Positions 1-9,543 of a DNA stretch of 64,000 nucleotides are shown one piece after another. The position numbers and the translations under genes are program-made. Location of the stretch: NCBI GenBank assembly GCA_963845185.1, contig CAWJRG010000009.1, positions 256,001 to 320,000 on the forward strand, in the 5' to 3' direction. The notes under the pieces are model-generated. The model did not search any database and was not told where the DNA came from. It saw nothing but the letters and a program-made list of their open reading frames with translations. This DNA comes from an uncultured bacterium (lineage in GTDB: Bacteria > Oederibacteriota > PGYV01 > CAWJRG01). Each line of letters starts with the position of its first letter. The first letter of the stretch is position 1.

Positions 1-116
1 TGGTCGGGTATACAGGGTACCTTTATTTAAGATTAAAAAAGAAATCAGGGTTTGACCTGGAAGCAGAGCCCGGCCTGAAAATATAATACTAGGTTATTGT
101 AAAGAGGGAGGAAAAT

Positions 117-587
117 ATGAACTATATTGAGATTACGGTAAAGCTTTTGATTATCATGGTTTTAAGTGCACTGATTGGGTTTGACAGAGAAATGAGGCAT
201 AAGCCTGCAGGTATAAAGACACACATACTTGTAGGCATGGGTTCAGCTGTTTTTATGATGGTTTCAATCTATATGTATCAGGCGTTTGCAGGAAAAGTCC
301 AGGTGGACCCGGGCAGGATCGCTGCGCAGGTTGTTACAGGCATAGGATTCCTGGGTGCAGGTACTATAATCCAGTCACAGGGGTCTGTGCTTGGATTGAC
401 AACAGCGGCCAGCCTGTGGACGGTTTCCGGTATCGGCTTAGCCGTGGGCTGCGGAATGTATTATCTTGCAATTATTTCAACAGTGATTGTCATGATAGTT
501 TTTCTTGTGACCAACAGGCTTGCCTATTTTTTTGGACAGGAAGTTAACAAGGTACAGGAAGTAATAAAAAAAAGAAAGCGGAAATAA
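117..587 (+). CDS. MgtC/SapB family membrane protein (short form)
   Basis: Motifs DREMRHKPAGIKTH, DPGRIAAQVVTGIGFLGAG, GLTTAASLW; RBS GGAGG upstream. Confidence 0.9.
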   Translation: MNYIEITVKLLIIMVLSALIGFDREMRHKPAGIKTHILVGMGSAVFMMVSIYMYQAFAGKVQVDPGRIAAQVVTGIGFLGAGTIIQSQGSVLGLTTAASLWTVSGIGLAVGCGMYYLAIISTVIVMIVFLVTNRLAYFFGQEVNKVQEVIKKRKRK

Positions 588-765
588 ATTAATTGCGTTC
601 CGGATAGGGAGCATATTACTGCGTATCCGGCAGAGACTTTACTTGATTAAGTGGAAAAATTTTGATAATATAATCTCAGTTAAAATTAAAAGTACTTAGG
701 AAACAGTTTCTGTTAACTAAGTAACAATTCTAAAATATACTTATAAAAAATGAGCGAGGTGTAAA

Positions 766-1572
766 ATGAAAAAATCATCCGTTTTTATACTGGGTATAAC
801 GACATTCTTTTTATCAATTGCAATATTTTGCATGCCGAAAAATATAAATGCATACGCGCCTAATGGTCCGGCTTTGACTCCGGTTCCGCAGGAAACTTTT
901 GTTTCTAATGGTTCGACTTCGATTCCGGCTCTAATGGAAACTGCCGTACCTAATAGTACGACTTTGACTCCGGCTCCACAAGAGACTACTGCAGCTAATG
1001 GTTCGACTTTGACCGCCGCTAGCGTCAACCAAGTGGCAGTACCCGCCTTGAGTTTTGGCATGCTTTACGACGAATACGGGGTGGTTGATATAAAAGATTC
1101 TGCGACTCCTTCACAAATGACATCATATGAAGAACCTGGTATTCAATGGTTTACCGGCCTTTTGGGGGATTTTCAAGGCGGTTTGGATGTGTACGGGATA
1201 TTCATTGATGCTTCGCTACTGAAAGACACAGCAGAAAGCCATGTAGTTTGGGAAGACGATGTAATAAGCTTTGGCGGGAAAATTATTTTACGCTACTTTC
1301 CTGAAAACCCGACATTTGGCATCGGCGATAATATGAAAGTAAGATGCACAGCTTCGCTCCAAGCAGGCTGCGGGTGGTGGAACGTAATGCCAAATGTGGC
1401 AAACCCGATTGTTACAGCGACAGCCGGTTGTTTGTTCTCTTTGGGCACCAACAAGCCTACAGGGATATTGTTCGAGGCGTTTGCAACATATTTAAATTTT
1501 TCAAGGCAGCAGTTTCCTGTAGCGGATGAAACATTTGGAATCGGCCTCGGGTTTTTGTTTCCGACCTATTAG
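766..1572 (+). CDS. Hypothetical exported protein with N-terminal 15-aa Thr/Pro repeats and possible small beta-barrel C-terminus
   Basis: Signal-peptide-like N-terminus, GAGGT RBS, alternating hydrophobic C-terminal strands (GIGLGFLF). Confidence 0.6.
   Translation: MKKSSVFILGITTFFLSIAIFCMPKNINAYAPNGPALTPVPQETFVSNGSTSIPALMETAVPNSTTLTPAPQETTAANGSTLTAASVNQVAVPALSFGMLYDEYGVVDIKDSATPSQMTSYEEPGIQWFTGLLGDFQGGLDVYGIFIDASLLKDTAESHVVWEDDVISFGGKIILRYFPENPTFGIGDNMKVRCTASLQAGCGWWNVMPNVANPIVTATAGCLFSLGTNKPTGILFEAFATYLNFSRQQFPVADETFGIGLGFLFPTY
862..1023 (+). repeat. About 3.6 copies of a degenerate 45-bp (15-aa) coding tandem repeat
   Basis: NGPALTPVPQETFVS / NGSTSIPALMETAVP / NSTTLTPAPQETTAA / NGSTLTAAS. 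Confidence 0.8.
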
Positions 1573-1750
1573 TTAACTCCGTATTTAAGCAATTTTATTT
1601 TTGATTTTTTAATGAACGCAATTAATTGCAATATACCTCAATTAGTTAATATGAAATTAATTCCGCTTCGCAAAATTCCTAGCTGTCATTATGGTGGGGT
1701 TCCACACAAGTGAAGTGTGAAAAGACAAACATGTTTTGGGTGATTGACTT

Positions 1751-2731
1751 ATGACAACAAATACTTCAGATAATAATATAATAGAAAAAATACAAAAATT
1801 TCCTTTTATATTGGCTCCGCTTGCAGGATACAGCGATTATCCTTTCAGGATTTTATGTAAAGAGTATGGAGCGTCTTTGCTTTTTACGGAGATGATAAAT
1901 GTTCATTCACTTGTAAACCCTAAAGTAAGGAAAAAAATTAATAAATTTTTATATTATACGCCTGAAGAAAGGCCCATTGGAATCCAGCTTTTTGGGAATA
2001 ATCCGGATATGTTTTTTGAAGCTGCAAAAATCTCAAAAGACCTCGGCTATGATGTTATAGATATTAACTTTGGCTGCCCTGTGAGGAAAGTGGTGCATTC
2101 AAAAAGCGGTGCGTACCTTATGACAGAACCTTTGCTTGCGGGACAGATAATAAGTAAAACAGTCGAGGCGGCAGGCGATATGCCTGTTAGCATAAAAATA
2201 AGGAGTGGATGGGATGAAAACTCCATTAACTACCTTGAGTTCAACAGGATAGCCGAAGGCAATGGAGTTAAAATAATAACACTTCATTCACGTACAAGAG
2301 CCCAGGGTTTTTCGGGGGTTGCAAACCGGCAGCATATAGCCGAGTTAAAGAGAAATTCAAGTCTTTTTGTAATAGGGAACGGAGATGTTATTGACGCTGA
2401 AAGCGCCGGCAGAATGCAAAAAGAAACAGGCTGCGATGCAGTAATGATAGGCAGGGGAGCCATAGGCAATCCGTTTATTTTTAAGGCTATCAAAGACAAA
2501 GATTTTTCACCGCAGCTTCAGGATAGGATAAAGATATCTTTAAAACACTTTGATTTAATGATAGAATTCGAAGGTAAAAAAGCGGTTTTTAAGATGAGAA
2601 AATTTTTTACCAAATACATAAAGGATTTTGACGACGCGGCAAGGATAAGGAGAGAATTATTTACCATGGAGGATATAGATAAAATAAGGGAATATTTAAA
2701 CAATTTAAAGTTGCAGGTCAGCAAGGCATGA
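1751..2731 (+). CDS. dusB: tRNA-dihydrouridine synthase DusB
   Basis: LAPLAGYSD, IDINFGCP, KIRSGW, GNGDV, MIGRGAIGNP motifs. Confidence 0.92.
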   Translation: MTTNTSDNNIIEKIQKFPFILAPLAGYSDYPFRILCKEYGASLLFTEMINVHSLVNPKVRKKINKFLYYTPEERPIGIQLFGNNPDMFFEAAKISKDLGYDVIDINFGCPVRKVVHSKSGAYLMTEPLLAGQIISKTVEAAGDMPVSIKIRSGWDENSINYLEFNRIAEGNGVKIITLHSRTRAQGFSGVANRQHIAELKRNSSLFVIGNGDVIDAESAGRMQKETGCDAVMIGRGAIGNPFIFKAIKDKDFSPQLQDRIKISLKHFDLMIEFEGKKAVFKMRKFFTKYIKDFDDAARIRRELFTMEDIDKIREYLNNLKLQVSKA

Positions 2732-2742
2732 AGGAGTCATAA

Positions 2743-2840
2743 ATACCATTTGTCTTCGGCCTAACGGCCTTGGACTGGAGCGGATACAAGATAGCGTTTA
2801 TTTTGTCAAGCCTAAGGCGATGACAAAATATTGTGCTATC
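2743..2840. repeat. Dispersed two-hairpin palindromic repeat, copy 1 (second module inverted)
   Basis: Similar to 53921-54016 and 55221-55316; module 2 matches their reverse complement. Confidence 0.85.
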
Positions 2841-2867
2841 TTAGAAAATAGAGGTCGGGATAAGTTA

Positions 2868-4646
2868 ATGAAGTATTATACCGGGAATGAGTATCTTTCA
2901 CTTTTAAAAATAAAAGAGGATATGAGCATAAACGGCTTGAGCGCAATGAGCATGGATTTGAAAGGCAATCTTTTTATTGACTGTAATATGAAATTGAGGA
3001 TATTTATTGACGAAGAGGAGGTTGATTTAAGTAAAGCCGTTTTTGAACTAATAGATTACTGGATACCTTTTGCGAAAATAACCCATAAAGATATTGAATT
3101 GTCACTTACAATAATTGCTCCTAAAGAAACGAGGGGTTTTATTTATAACCTTCAAATAAACAACAAATCTACAAAAAACGTTACTGTAAGACTGGAGAAC
3201 GAATATTTAATAAACGATATGTCGATAGATATTAACGCATCGTATAAACTGAATGCTGAAAGAATAATTTATTACCATGATTGGTTTAACGGAGTAATTT
3301 TCAGTATAAGAAGCTATAAAAATATTTTTGCGCTGGCGTTTTTGGCAGATGAAAAATACAATTATGCGATAAAGGAAGACAAAACAAAGATAAATTTTGT
3401 AAATAACTTATCGGTCGGGGAAAACGAAAATAGAAGCTTCAACTATTATATAGGCGCTGGGCTCGAGGATGTTTCAGCTTTATATTCAAGCATTTATCTT
3501 AAAAGGCTGGGATTCACAAGCATGTTTGAATCGCTTAAGAAATGGCTTGAAAACAAGATCTGCAAGCTTAAAGATAAATACATGGAAAAAATATGCAACA
3601 TCAATTCTTTTTTTAATTATTTTTATGCTTTTGGCAGGGCTATTGATACAGAAATGCTTATTGCCTTGACTTCGCGGAGCCCGGAATATTATGTAAGCGG
3701 GGCGTACTGGGACAGGGACAGCCTGTTATGGAGTTTTCCCAACGTGCTTGCGATGGGCGAGATGCAAAGGGCAAGGGAAATACTTGAATATGTGTTTAAG
3801 ATACAGTCGAAAAATTCCGGAATCCATTCCAGGTTTATAAACGGCACAGTCCTGGAGCCCGGCTTTGAGCTGGATGAACTATGTGCGCCTTTTATAGCTC
3901 TTGAAAACTATGTAAAAGCAAGCGGAGACAGAAAATTTCTGCGTGAAGAATATGTGCATAATAAACTTCTTTCAACCGAAGAGGTATTTGAAAAATGGAA
4001 ACACGAAAACAGTTATTTGTATAAGACGGAGCTAAGGCCAAGCGACGACCCGGCCGATTACGAATATAATACCTACGACAATGTGCTTGTGTGGAAAGCG
4101 TTTGACTCGTTGCATTTTTTGCTTTCAGCCATCGGCAAAAAGGGGATTGCAAGACATTATTTAAACATGTCGAGGAAAGTTAAAACTGCAATCAAGAGGC
4201 ATGCGTTCATCAAAAAAGAAAAACTTATAGCATATGAATTTGACATGAAAGGGAACTACAGGTTTTATGAAGAACCGGCAGGGAGCCTGAGACTGCTTGC
4301 GTTTTACGGATTCATAGACGACGACATTAAAGAGTATTATGAAAACACCCTTAAATGGTCGTATTCCGGAAAGAACGAGAATTTTTTTGAAAAAACTTTT
4401 ATTAAAGAATCAGGAAGCTTTCACGCAAAGCATCCATGGACGCTTGCGGCTGCTAATTCCATGCTCACGCCTGGTTTTGAGAAATTCGGCGAAGAATTTT
4501 TTAAAAACAGTATCATGGATGATTATATTGCGTCTGAAAGCGTTGATGAAAATACAGGTATGGCAGCGACAGGAGCGGCATTTGCCACTTGCGCGGGTTT
4601 TGTAGCTTTTGCTATAAGCAACTATTACCGGAAAAACAGTAGTTAA
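2868..4646 (+). CDS. Glycoside hydrolase family 125-like (exo-alpha-mannosidase-type) protein
   Basis: YWDRDS, FELDELC and LRPSDD motifs resemble the GH125 WLRDS/YELDSL/FRPSDD motifs; start chosen after the GAGG RBS because the ORF extension to 2820 lies in a repeat. Confidence 0.7.
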   Translation: MKYYTGNEYLSLLKIKEDMSINGLSAMSMDLKGNLFIDCNMKLRIFIDEEEVDLSKAVFELIDYWIPFAKITHKDIELSLTIIAPKETRGFIYNLQINNKSTKNVTVRLENEYLINDMSIDINASYKLNAERIIYYHDWFNGVIFSIRSYKNIFALAFLADEKYNYAIKEDKTKINFVNNLSVGENENRSFNYYIGAGLEDVSALYSSIYLKRLGFTSMFESLKKWLENKICKLKDKYMEKICNINSFFNYFYAFGRAIDTEMLIALTSRSPEYYVSGAYWDRDSLLWSFPNVLAMGEMQRAREILEYVFKIQSKNSGIHSRFINGTVLEPGFELDELCAPFIALENYVKASGDRKFLREEYVHNKLLSTEEVFEKWKHENSYLYKTELRPSDDPADYEYNTYDNVLVWKAFDSLHFLLSAIGKKGIARHYLNMSRKVKTAIKRHAFIKKEKLIAYEFDMKGNYRFYEEPAGSLRLLAFYGFIDDDIKEYYENTLKWSYSGKNENFFEKTFIKESGSFHAKHPWTLAAANSMLTPGFEKFGEEFFKNSIMDDYIASESVDENTGMAATGAAFATCAGFVAFAISNYYRKNSS

Positions 4647-4654
4647 ATTATCTT

Positions 4655-4683
4655 TTGACTATAATCACGATACATATTATAAT
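4655..4683 (+). promoter_or_regulatory. sigma70-type promoter of murA
   Basis: TTGACT-17bp-TATAAT. Confidence 0.7.
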
Positions 4684-4807
4684 GGTTTTAAATTACTTTT
4701 AATCCCGCTTCGCGGAAATCCACGCAGGTAGAGGCGCGGATTGATTACACTCCGGGAGGGAGCATATTATTACATATTCAAAAGATGCTCCACAGTAAAG
4801 GAACGCA

Positions 4808-6073
4808 ATGCAAAAAATTGTTATAAGAGGCGGCAAAAGTTTAAAAGGTACGGTAAAAATTTCGGGCTCAAAAAACGCAACACTGCCCATAATGGCCGCC
4901 ACTATTTTATCGGATGATACTTCGACGGTAAAAAATGTTCCGATGGTAGCCGACATTAAAACAATGGCGAAATTACTGCATGTGCTTGGAGCAAAGACTG
5001 AAATTATTGACTATACACTTAATATATCGCCAGGATCAATTAATAATTATGAAGCTCCTTATGAGCTTGTTAAGACAATGAGGGCGTCGATTTATGTACT
5101 CGGGCCACTGCTCGCAAAATACAAAGAAGCAAAGGTTTCTTTGCCGGGCGGATGCGCTATTGGACAAAGGCCCATCAATCTTCATATAATGGGAATGCAA
5201 AAACTAGGCGCTAAAATAGAGGTTAAACACGGTTATGTCGTGGCAAAGGCAAAAAAATTAACAGGAACACGTATTGTTTTTGACAAGGTGAGCCTGGGGG
5301 CTACGGTTAACGTGATGCTTGCTTCAACCATGGCGGAAGGGGAAACAATAATTGAAAACGCCTCAAAGGAGCCTGAGGTTATTGACACAATTAATTTTTT
5401 AAATGCAATGGGAGCTAGAATTGAAGGGGCTGGTACCGATATACTGAAAATAACAGGTGTAAAAAAATTAAATGGCGTTAAAAATTATTCGGTTATACCA
5501 GACAGGATTGAGGCGGCGACTTTAATTACTGCGGCGGCCATTACAAACGGAAAAGTCACTGTTGAAAATTTTAATCCGGGGCAACTGGCTATTTTTTTTG
5601 AAAAACTTAAGGAAACAGGAGTTAATTTTTCAGTTAAAGACAACAGTGTCCAAATATTGCCGCATAAAGGCGGGCTTAAAAGCGTTGATATAATAACAGA
5701 GCCATACCCGGGGTTTCCAACGAATATCCAGGCGCAATGGATGGCTCTTATGTGCTGTGCACAGGGTCAAACAATAATAAAAGAAACGATATGGGAAAAT
5801 AGATTTATGCATGTGTTTGAGCTCGTGCGTATGGGAGCAAATATAAAAATTGACGGCAATACAGCGTTTGTGAGAGGCATCAAAAAAATGACAGGCGCAA
5901 ACGTCATGGCTTCGGATCTGCGCGCCAGTGCGGCTTTGATAATAGCGGCTCTCGCAGCTGATGGTTACAGCGAAATAAACAGGGTTTATCACCTTGACCG
6001 CGGTTACGAGGCTATGGATGAAAAGTTAAAAAAATTAGGAGCCGACATAAAAAGAGAAAGCGGTGGGATGTAA
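4808..6073 (+). CDS. murA: UDP-N-acetylglucosamine 1-carboxyvinyltransferase
   Basis: SGSKNATLP, LPGGCAIGQRP (catalytic Cys), DLRASAAL, HLDRGY. Confidence 0.96.
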   Translation: MQKIVIRGGKSLKGTVKISGSKNATLPIMAATILSDDTSTVKNVPMVADIKTMAKLLHVLGAKTEIIDYTLNISPGSINNYEAPYELVKTMRASIYVLGPLLAKYKEAKVSLPGGCAIGQRPINLHIMGMQKLGAKIEVKHGYVVAKAKKLTGTRIVFDKVSLGATVNVMLASTMAEGETIIENASKEPEVIDTINFLNAMGARIEGAGTDILKITGVKKLNGVKNYSVIPDRIEAATLITAAAITNGKVTVENFNPGQLAIFFEKLKETGVNFSVKDNSVQILPHKGGLKSVDIITEPYPGFPTNIQAQWMALMCCAQGQTIIKETIWENRFMHVFELVRMGANIKIDGNTAFVRGIKKMTGANVMASDLRASAALIIAALAADGYSEINRVYHLDRGYEAMDEKLKKLGADIKRESGGM

Positions 6074-7311
6074 TGCAATTGCCAATTTTATACTCTATTT
6101 GCGTGATTTTTGTTCTTGTATTTTCAACGGTTGTTTCCGTTATTTTTTTCCTTCTTGTTAAAGTTAATATTATTCTTACTTTTGCACTGGTACTGATAGG
6201 AAGTTCGGGCGTTTCTTTTGTAATAATATTTCTTTTTAGAAAATACTTTGAAAATGTCTTAAACACTGTTAATAAGGCTTTAAAAAACGAATTAAAGGAC
6301 ATGACTGTTTTGGAAGATGACAAATTATTTTTGGAAATCACAGAAACAATTAAAATGGAAAGGAAGAGACTATCAGCAAATATAACTTTAGAGACGAAAG
6401 ATTTTTTTGGATTTGCAAACGATTTGAAAGAAGTTAAAACCACATTTGACAGTGAGAGAGAAAACAACGACAGGATTCAAAAAGAAATCAGGGATATAAA
6501 AGAATACCTTTATGGCAATACGAAAATATTCGACAAAATAAAAGCTATAGGCATGGAAATAAAAAACACCTCGCAAAATATAGACAAAGAGACTCAGGAT
6601 GTGTTAAAAGACGCTAAAGAACAGACAGCCATGGCTTCATCGGGAGTAAAAACAATCGGTGATGAAATTAAAAATATTAATGAATTAAAAACTTCAATTA
6701 TGTCCTCGACCAAACTTATTGAAGAACTTATTGATATGTCCAAAAGAATAAAAAATTTTGTTGTAACAATTGCCGACATGACAAAAAAAACAAATCTGCT
6801 AGCGCTTAATGCAGGTATTGAGGCTGCACGTGCAGGAGAAGCGGGGAAAAGTTTTTCTGTAGTTGCCGAACAAATAAAAGTCCTGGCCGCAAATTCCAAT
6901 ATGGCAGCAGAAGAAATTACTCAAATACTTCAAAATATTCAGGTAAGAACCGCTGAGGTTATTGAGATAATAAAAATAACAGAAAAACTCGAAGCAAATA
7001 TTGCGACATTTTATAAAACAGGCGATATGTTTATTCAAATCGTAAAAGATGTAAAACACATTGAGAAAATTATAAATAATATATCGCTTTATACGGATGA
7101 ACATTTTACGGACAGTGAGCTTCTTTTTAAAATAATTAACGACACCTCGATGAATATAATGGATTATTTAAAGCTTGTAGACAAGATGAATCTTGATATA
7201 GAAGAAGTTATGAGGAATAATTTTAATATTTACAGCAAAATTGAAAAAACTATAGCTACTTTTGATAAAACTCTTAAGGAAAAAATGATTACAGAGAGAG
7301 GCATGATTTAA
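6073..7311 (+). CDS. Methyl-accepting chemotaxis protein-like, no periplasmic sensor domain
   Basis: TNLLALNAGIEAARAGEAGKSFSVVAEQIKVLA signalling hairpin; two closely spaced N-terminal TM helices. Confidence 0.85.
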   Translation: MQLPILYSICVIFVLVFSTVVSVIFFLLVKVNIILTFALVLIGSSGVSFVIIFLFRKYFENVLNTVNKALKNELKDMTVLEDDKLFLEITETIKMERKRLSANITLETKDFFGFANDLKEVKTTFDSERENNDRIQKEIRDIKEYLYGNTKIFDKIKAIGMEIKNTSQNIDKETQDVLKDAKEQTAMASSGVKTIGDEIKNINELKTSIMSSTKLIEELIDMSKRIKNFVVTIADMTKKTNLLALNAGIEAARAGEAGKSFSVVAEQIKVLAANSNMAAEEITQILQNIQVRTAEVIEIIKITEKLEANIATFYKTGDMFIQIVKDVKHIEKIINNISLYTDEHFTDSELLFKIINDTSMNIMDYLKLVDKMNLDIEEVMRNNFNIYSKIEKTIATFDKTLKEKMITERGMI

Positions 7312-7683
7312 ATGGATTATGAAAAAAAAATCACAGAAGCAGAACTTCAGATGGAGCGGTTAAGACGGTTAAAGGAAGAGAAGGAGTCAAATATAAAAAA
7401 AACTAATGAAGAAAAATTTATGACTACTAAGGTAGTTAAACAGGATTTAAAAAAGACACAAGAGCCGAAAAAATTTAAAATTGAAAAACGTGTTTTTGAT
7501 AAAATATATAAAATAGTAAAAAATATTAATAAAACGGGTAAAGGCGCAGGACTGCATATAAGTATGGATAAATTTGTCAATTTAATATTAAAGCGTGTAT
7601 TGGATTTAGACCTTGATTATAAAATGGCGATTGACAGAGATAAACTTGAACAGTTATTAGTCAAATTAAAAAAAGAGGAATAG
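7312..7683 (+). CDS. Hypothetical protein (coiled coil plus possible ribbon-helix-helix)
   Basis: ORF abutting the MCP stop with GAGG RBS; fold is inferred from the sequence pattern. Confidence 0.55.
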   Translation: MDYEKKITEAELQMERLRRLKEEKESNIKKTNEEKFMTTKVVKQDLKKTQEPKKFKIEKRVFDKIYKIVKNINKTGKGAGLHISMDKFVNLILKRVLDLDLDYKMAIDRDKLEQLLVKLKKEE

Positions 7684-7684
7684 T

Positions 7685-8059
7685 ATGGCATACGCCATTG
7701 AAGAATTATTGATTAAAAAAGGGAAAATTATAGCCACAATGTATAAATTAACCATAAAGCAAAATTATTGCTTGAAAAAAGGGGATACACGGAAAGTGTT
7801 ATTATATGACAAGAGAAAAACAGACTTGCTTAAGTTACTTGCGACAATTGAAGACAGACTTTTAAATAGTTCAAGTAAAAATCAAAGTCACTTAGAAAAT
7901 GCCGAAAATATAGTTAAAAATATAAATTTATTATTTAATGATTTAATAAAGGCAGAAAAAGAAAATGAAATATTAGTATCTCAGTATATAGATATGTATT
8001 CAGGCAGACATATTGATGAATACAAAAAAATTAACAGACAAGGAACAACTTGGAAATAG
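7685..8059 (+). CDS. Hypothetical helical protein, possibly an FlgN-like export chaperone
   Basis: Size, helical pattern (Q..CLKKGD...LL..DKRK..LL) and position next to flgB. Confidence 0.5.
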   Translation: MAYAIEELLIKKGKIIATMYKLTIKQNYCLKKGDTRKVLLYDKRKTDLLKLLATIEDRLLNSSSKNQSHLENAENIVKNINLLFNDLIKAEKENEILVSQYIDMYSGRHIDEYKKINRQGTTWK

Positions 8060-8174
8060 TAAATAAAAATAGCGAATTAAAGGCATTTAAATTAAATTTA
8101 TTTTTTGTTTAATGTTTCGATTAAATATAAAACAGAGTTTCAATAGTGATAATAAAAATATAATAAAAAATTTC

Positions 8175-8203
8175 TTGACAAAAAATATAAAATTAAGTAA
8201 TAT
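8175..8203 (+). promoter_or_regulatory. sigma70-type promoter of the flgB operon
   Basis: TTGACA-17bp-TAATAT. Confidence 0.6.
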
Positions 8204-8272
8204 AAAAACACTCTATTCTTTTGTAAATTTTTTACAGTAGAGAAATTTTTGAAAAAGAGGATATAATAATTT

Positions 8273-8692
8273 ATGATAGATGCTATTTTTTCAAGTGACA
8301 CGATGCAGATATTACAGAAATCTTTAAATGCCGCTAGCCTGCAGCATCAATTAATAACAAACAATATCGCAAATGTTGACACTCCGGGATTTAAGGCTTC
8401 CGAAGTTGTTTTTCAGAGCAAACTTCAGCAGGCGCTTGATAAAACACAAAATGATTATTTAAGATTAAAACTTACTAATAAGAACCATATACCAATAGTT
8501 CCGGAAATGACGATTAATAATGTAGAACCTGAAATAGTTACGCGTACCGAAACATCTTTAAGGACGGATGATAATAACGTGGATATTGATTCGGAAATGT
8601 CAAAGATGGCTGAGAATACCGTATATTATTCTACCGTAGCTGAATTAATGTCTTTGAAACTTGGAATGCTGAAGAACGTTATAACTACTTGA
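8273..8692 (+). CDS. flgB: Flagellar basal-body rod protein FlgB
   Basis: NNIANVDTPGFK; DNNVDIDSEM. Confidence 0.95.
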   Translation: MIDAIFSSDTMQILQKSLNAASLQHQLITNNIANVDTPGFKASEVVFQSKLQQALDKTQNDYLRLKLTNKNHIPIVPEMTINNVEPEIVTRTETSLRTDDNNVDIDSEMSKMAENTVYYSTVAELMSLKLGMLKNVITT

Positions 8693-8707
8693 AAGGAGAC
8701 TTAATTT

Positions 8708-9157
8708 ATGGGAATGTTTAATTCGTTTGATATAAGTGCATCAGGATTAACCGCACAAAGATTAAGAATGGATGTTATTTCAAATAACATAGCTAATGTT
8801 AATACAACAAGGACACCTGAAGGTGGTCCATATGTGAGACAAAGGGTTATATTTGAACCGAGGGGTGAAAAATTACAATTTTTGACTCCGTTTGCATTTG
8901 AACAGAATAAAAGAATAAACCAGTTTCAGGGGGTTAAGGTTACGTCAGTGACCACGGATCCAACACCGCCTAGATTAGTTTATGACCCTGGAAATCCCGA
9001 CGCTAATAAAGACGGTTATGTTGCAATGCCTAATGTAAACATAGTTAAGGAAATGATAGATATGATTTCAGCTACTCGCGCATATGAAGCAAACGTAACT
9101 GCGATTGATTCGGCAAAAACAATGGCCTCTAAAGCGCTCGATATAGGAAAAGTATAA
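8708..9157 (+). CDS. flgC: Flagellar basal-body rod protein FlgC
   Basis: SASGLTAQRLRMDVISNNIAN; YDPGNPDANKDGYVAMPNVN; ATRAYEAN. Confidence 0.97.
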   Translation: MGMFNSFDISASGLTAQRLRMDVISNNIANVNTTRTPEGGPYVRQRVIFEPRGEKLQFLTPFAFEQNKRINQFQGVKVTSVTTDPTPPRLVYDPGNPDANKDGYVAMPNVNIVKEMIDMISATRAYEANVTAIDSAKTMASKALDIGKV

Positions 9158-9190
9158 AAATAGGAAAATAGTTTAAGGAGGAGATTATAT

Positions 9191-9517
9191 ATGCAAGGTG
9201 GAATAAACGGAATAGAATCAATAACAGGCTCTATCGGCATTCCTGAAACAATATTACAGCCTACCGCTGATAAAGTACAGCCACAGCAGGCTGATAAAAT
9301 TGAATTTAAAAATTTAATGAGTATGGCAATGAATGCTCTAAACAATACGCAGGTTGATGCCGATGTTGCCATGCAGCAGCTTGCGGCAGGACAAAATATA
9401 GAACTGCATAATGTAATGCTTGCAGCAGAAAAAGCTTCTCTTACGTTGCAGCTTGCCTTGCAGGTAAAAAACAGAATTACAGAAGCTTATCAGCAATTAA
9501 TGAATATGCAAATCTAA
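9191..9517 (+). CDS. fliE: Hook-basal body protein FliE
   Basis: LHNVMLAAEKASLTLQLALQVKNRITEAYQQLMNMQI. Confidence 0.95.
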   Translation: MQGGINGIESITGSIGIPETILQPTADKVQPQQADKIEFKNLMSMAMNALNNTQVDADVAMQQLAAGQNIELHNVMLAAEKASLTLQLALQVKNRITEAYQQLMNMQI

Positions 9518-9543
9518 AACTTAAAAAATAGCGAGGTGTAGGG

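Noticed and set aside
4728..4742. Lysine riboswitch start (GTAGAGGCGCG) upstream of murA
   Set aside because: Only about 75 nt remain before the start codon, and the downstream conserved elements are absent.
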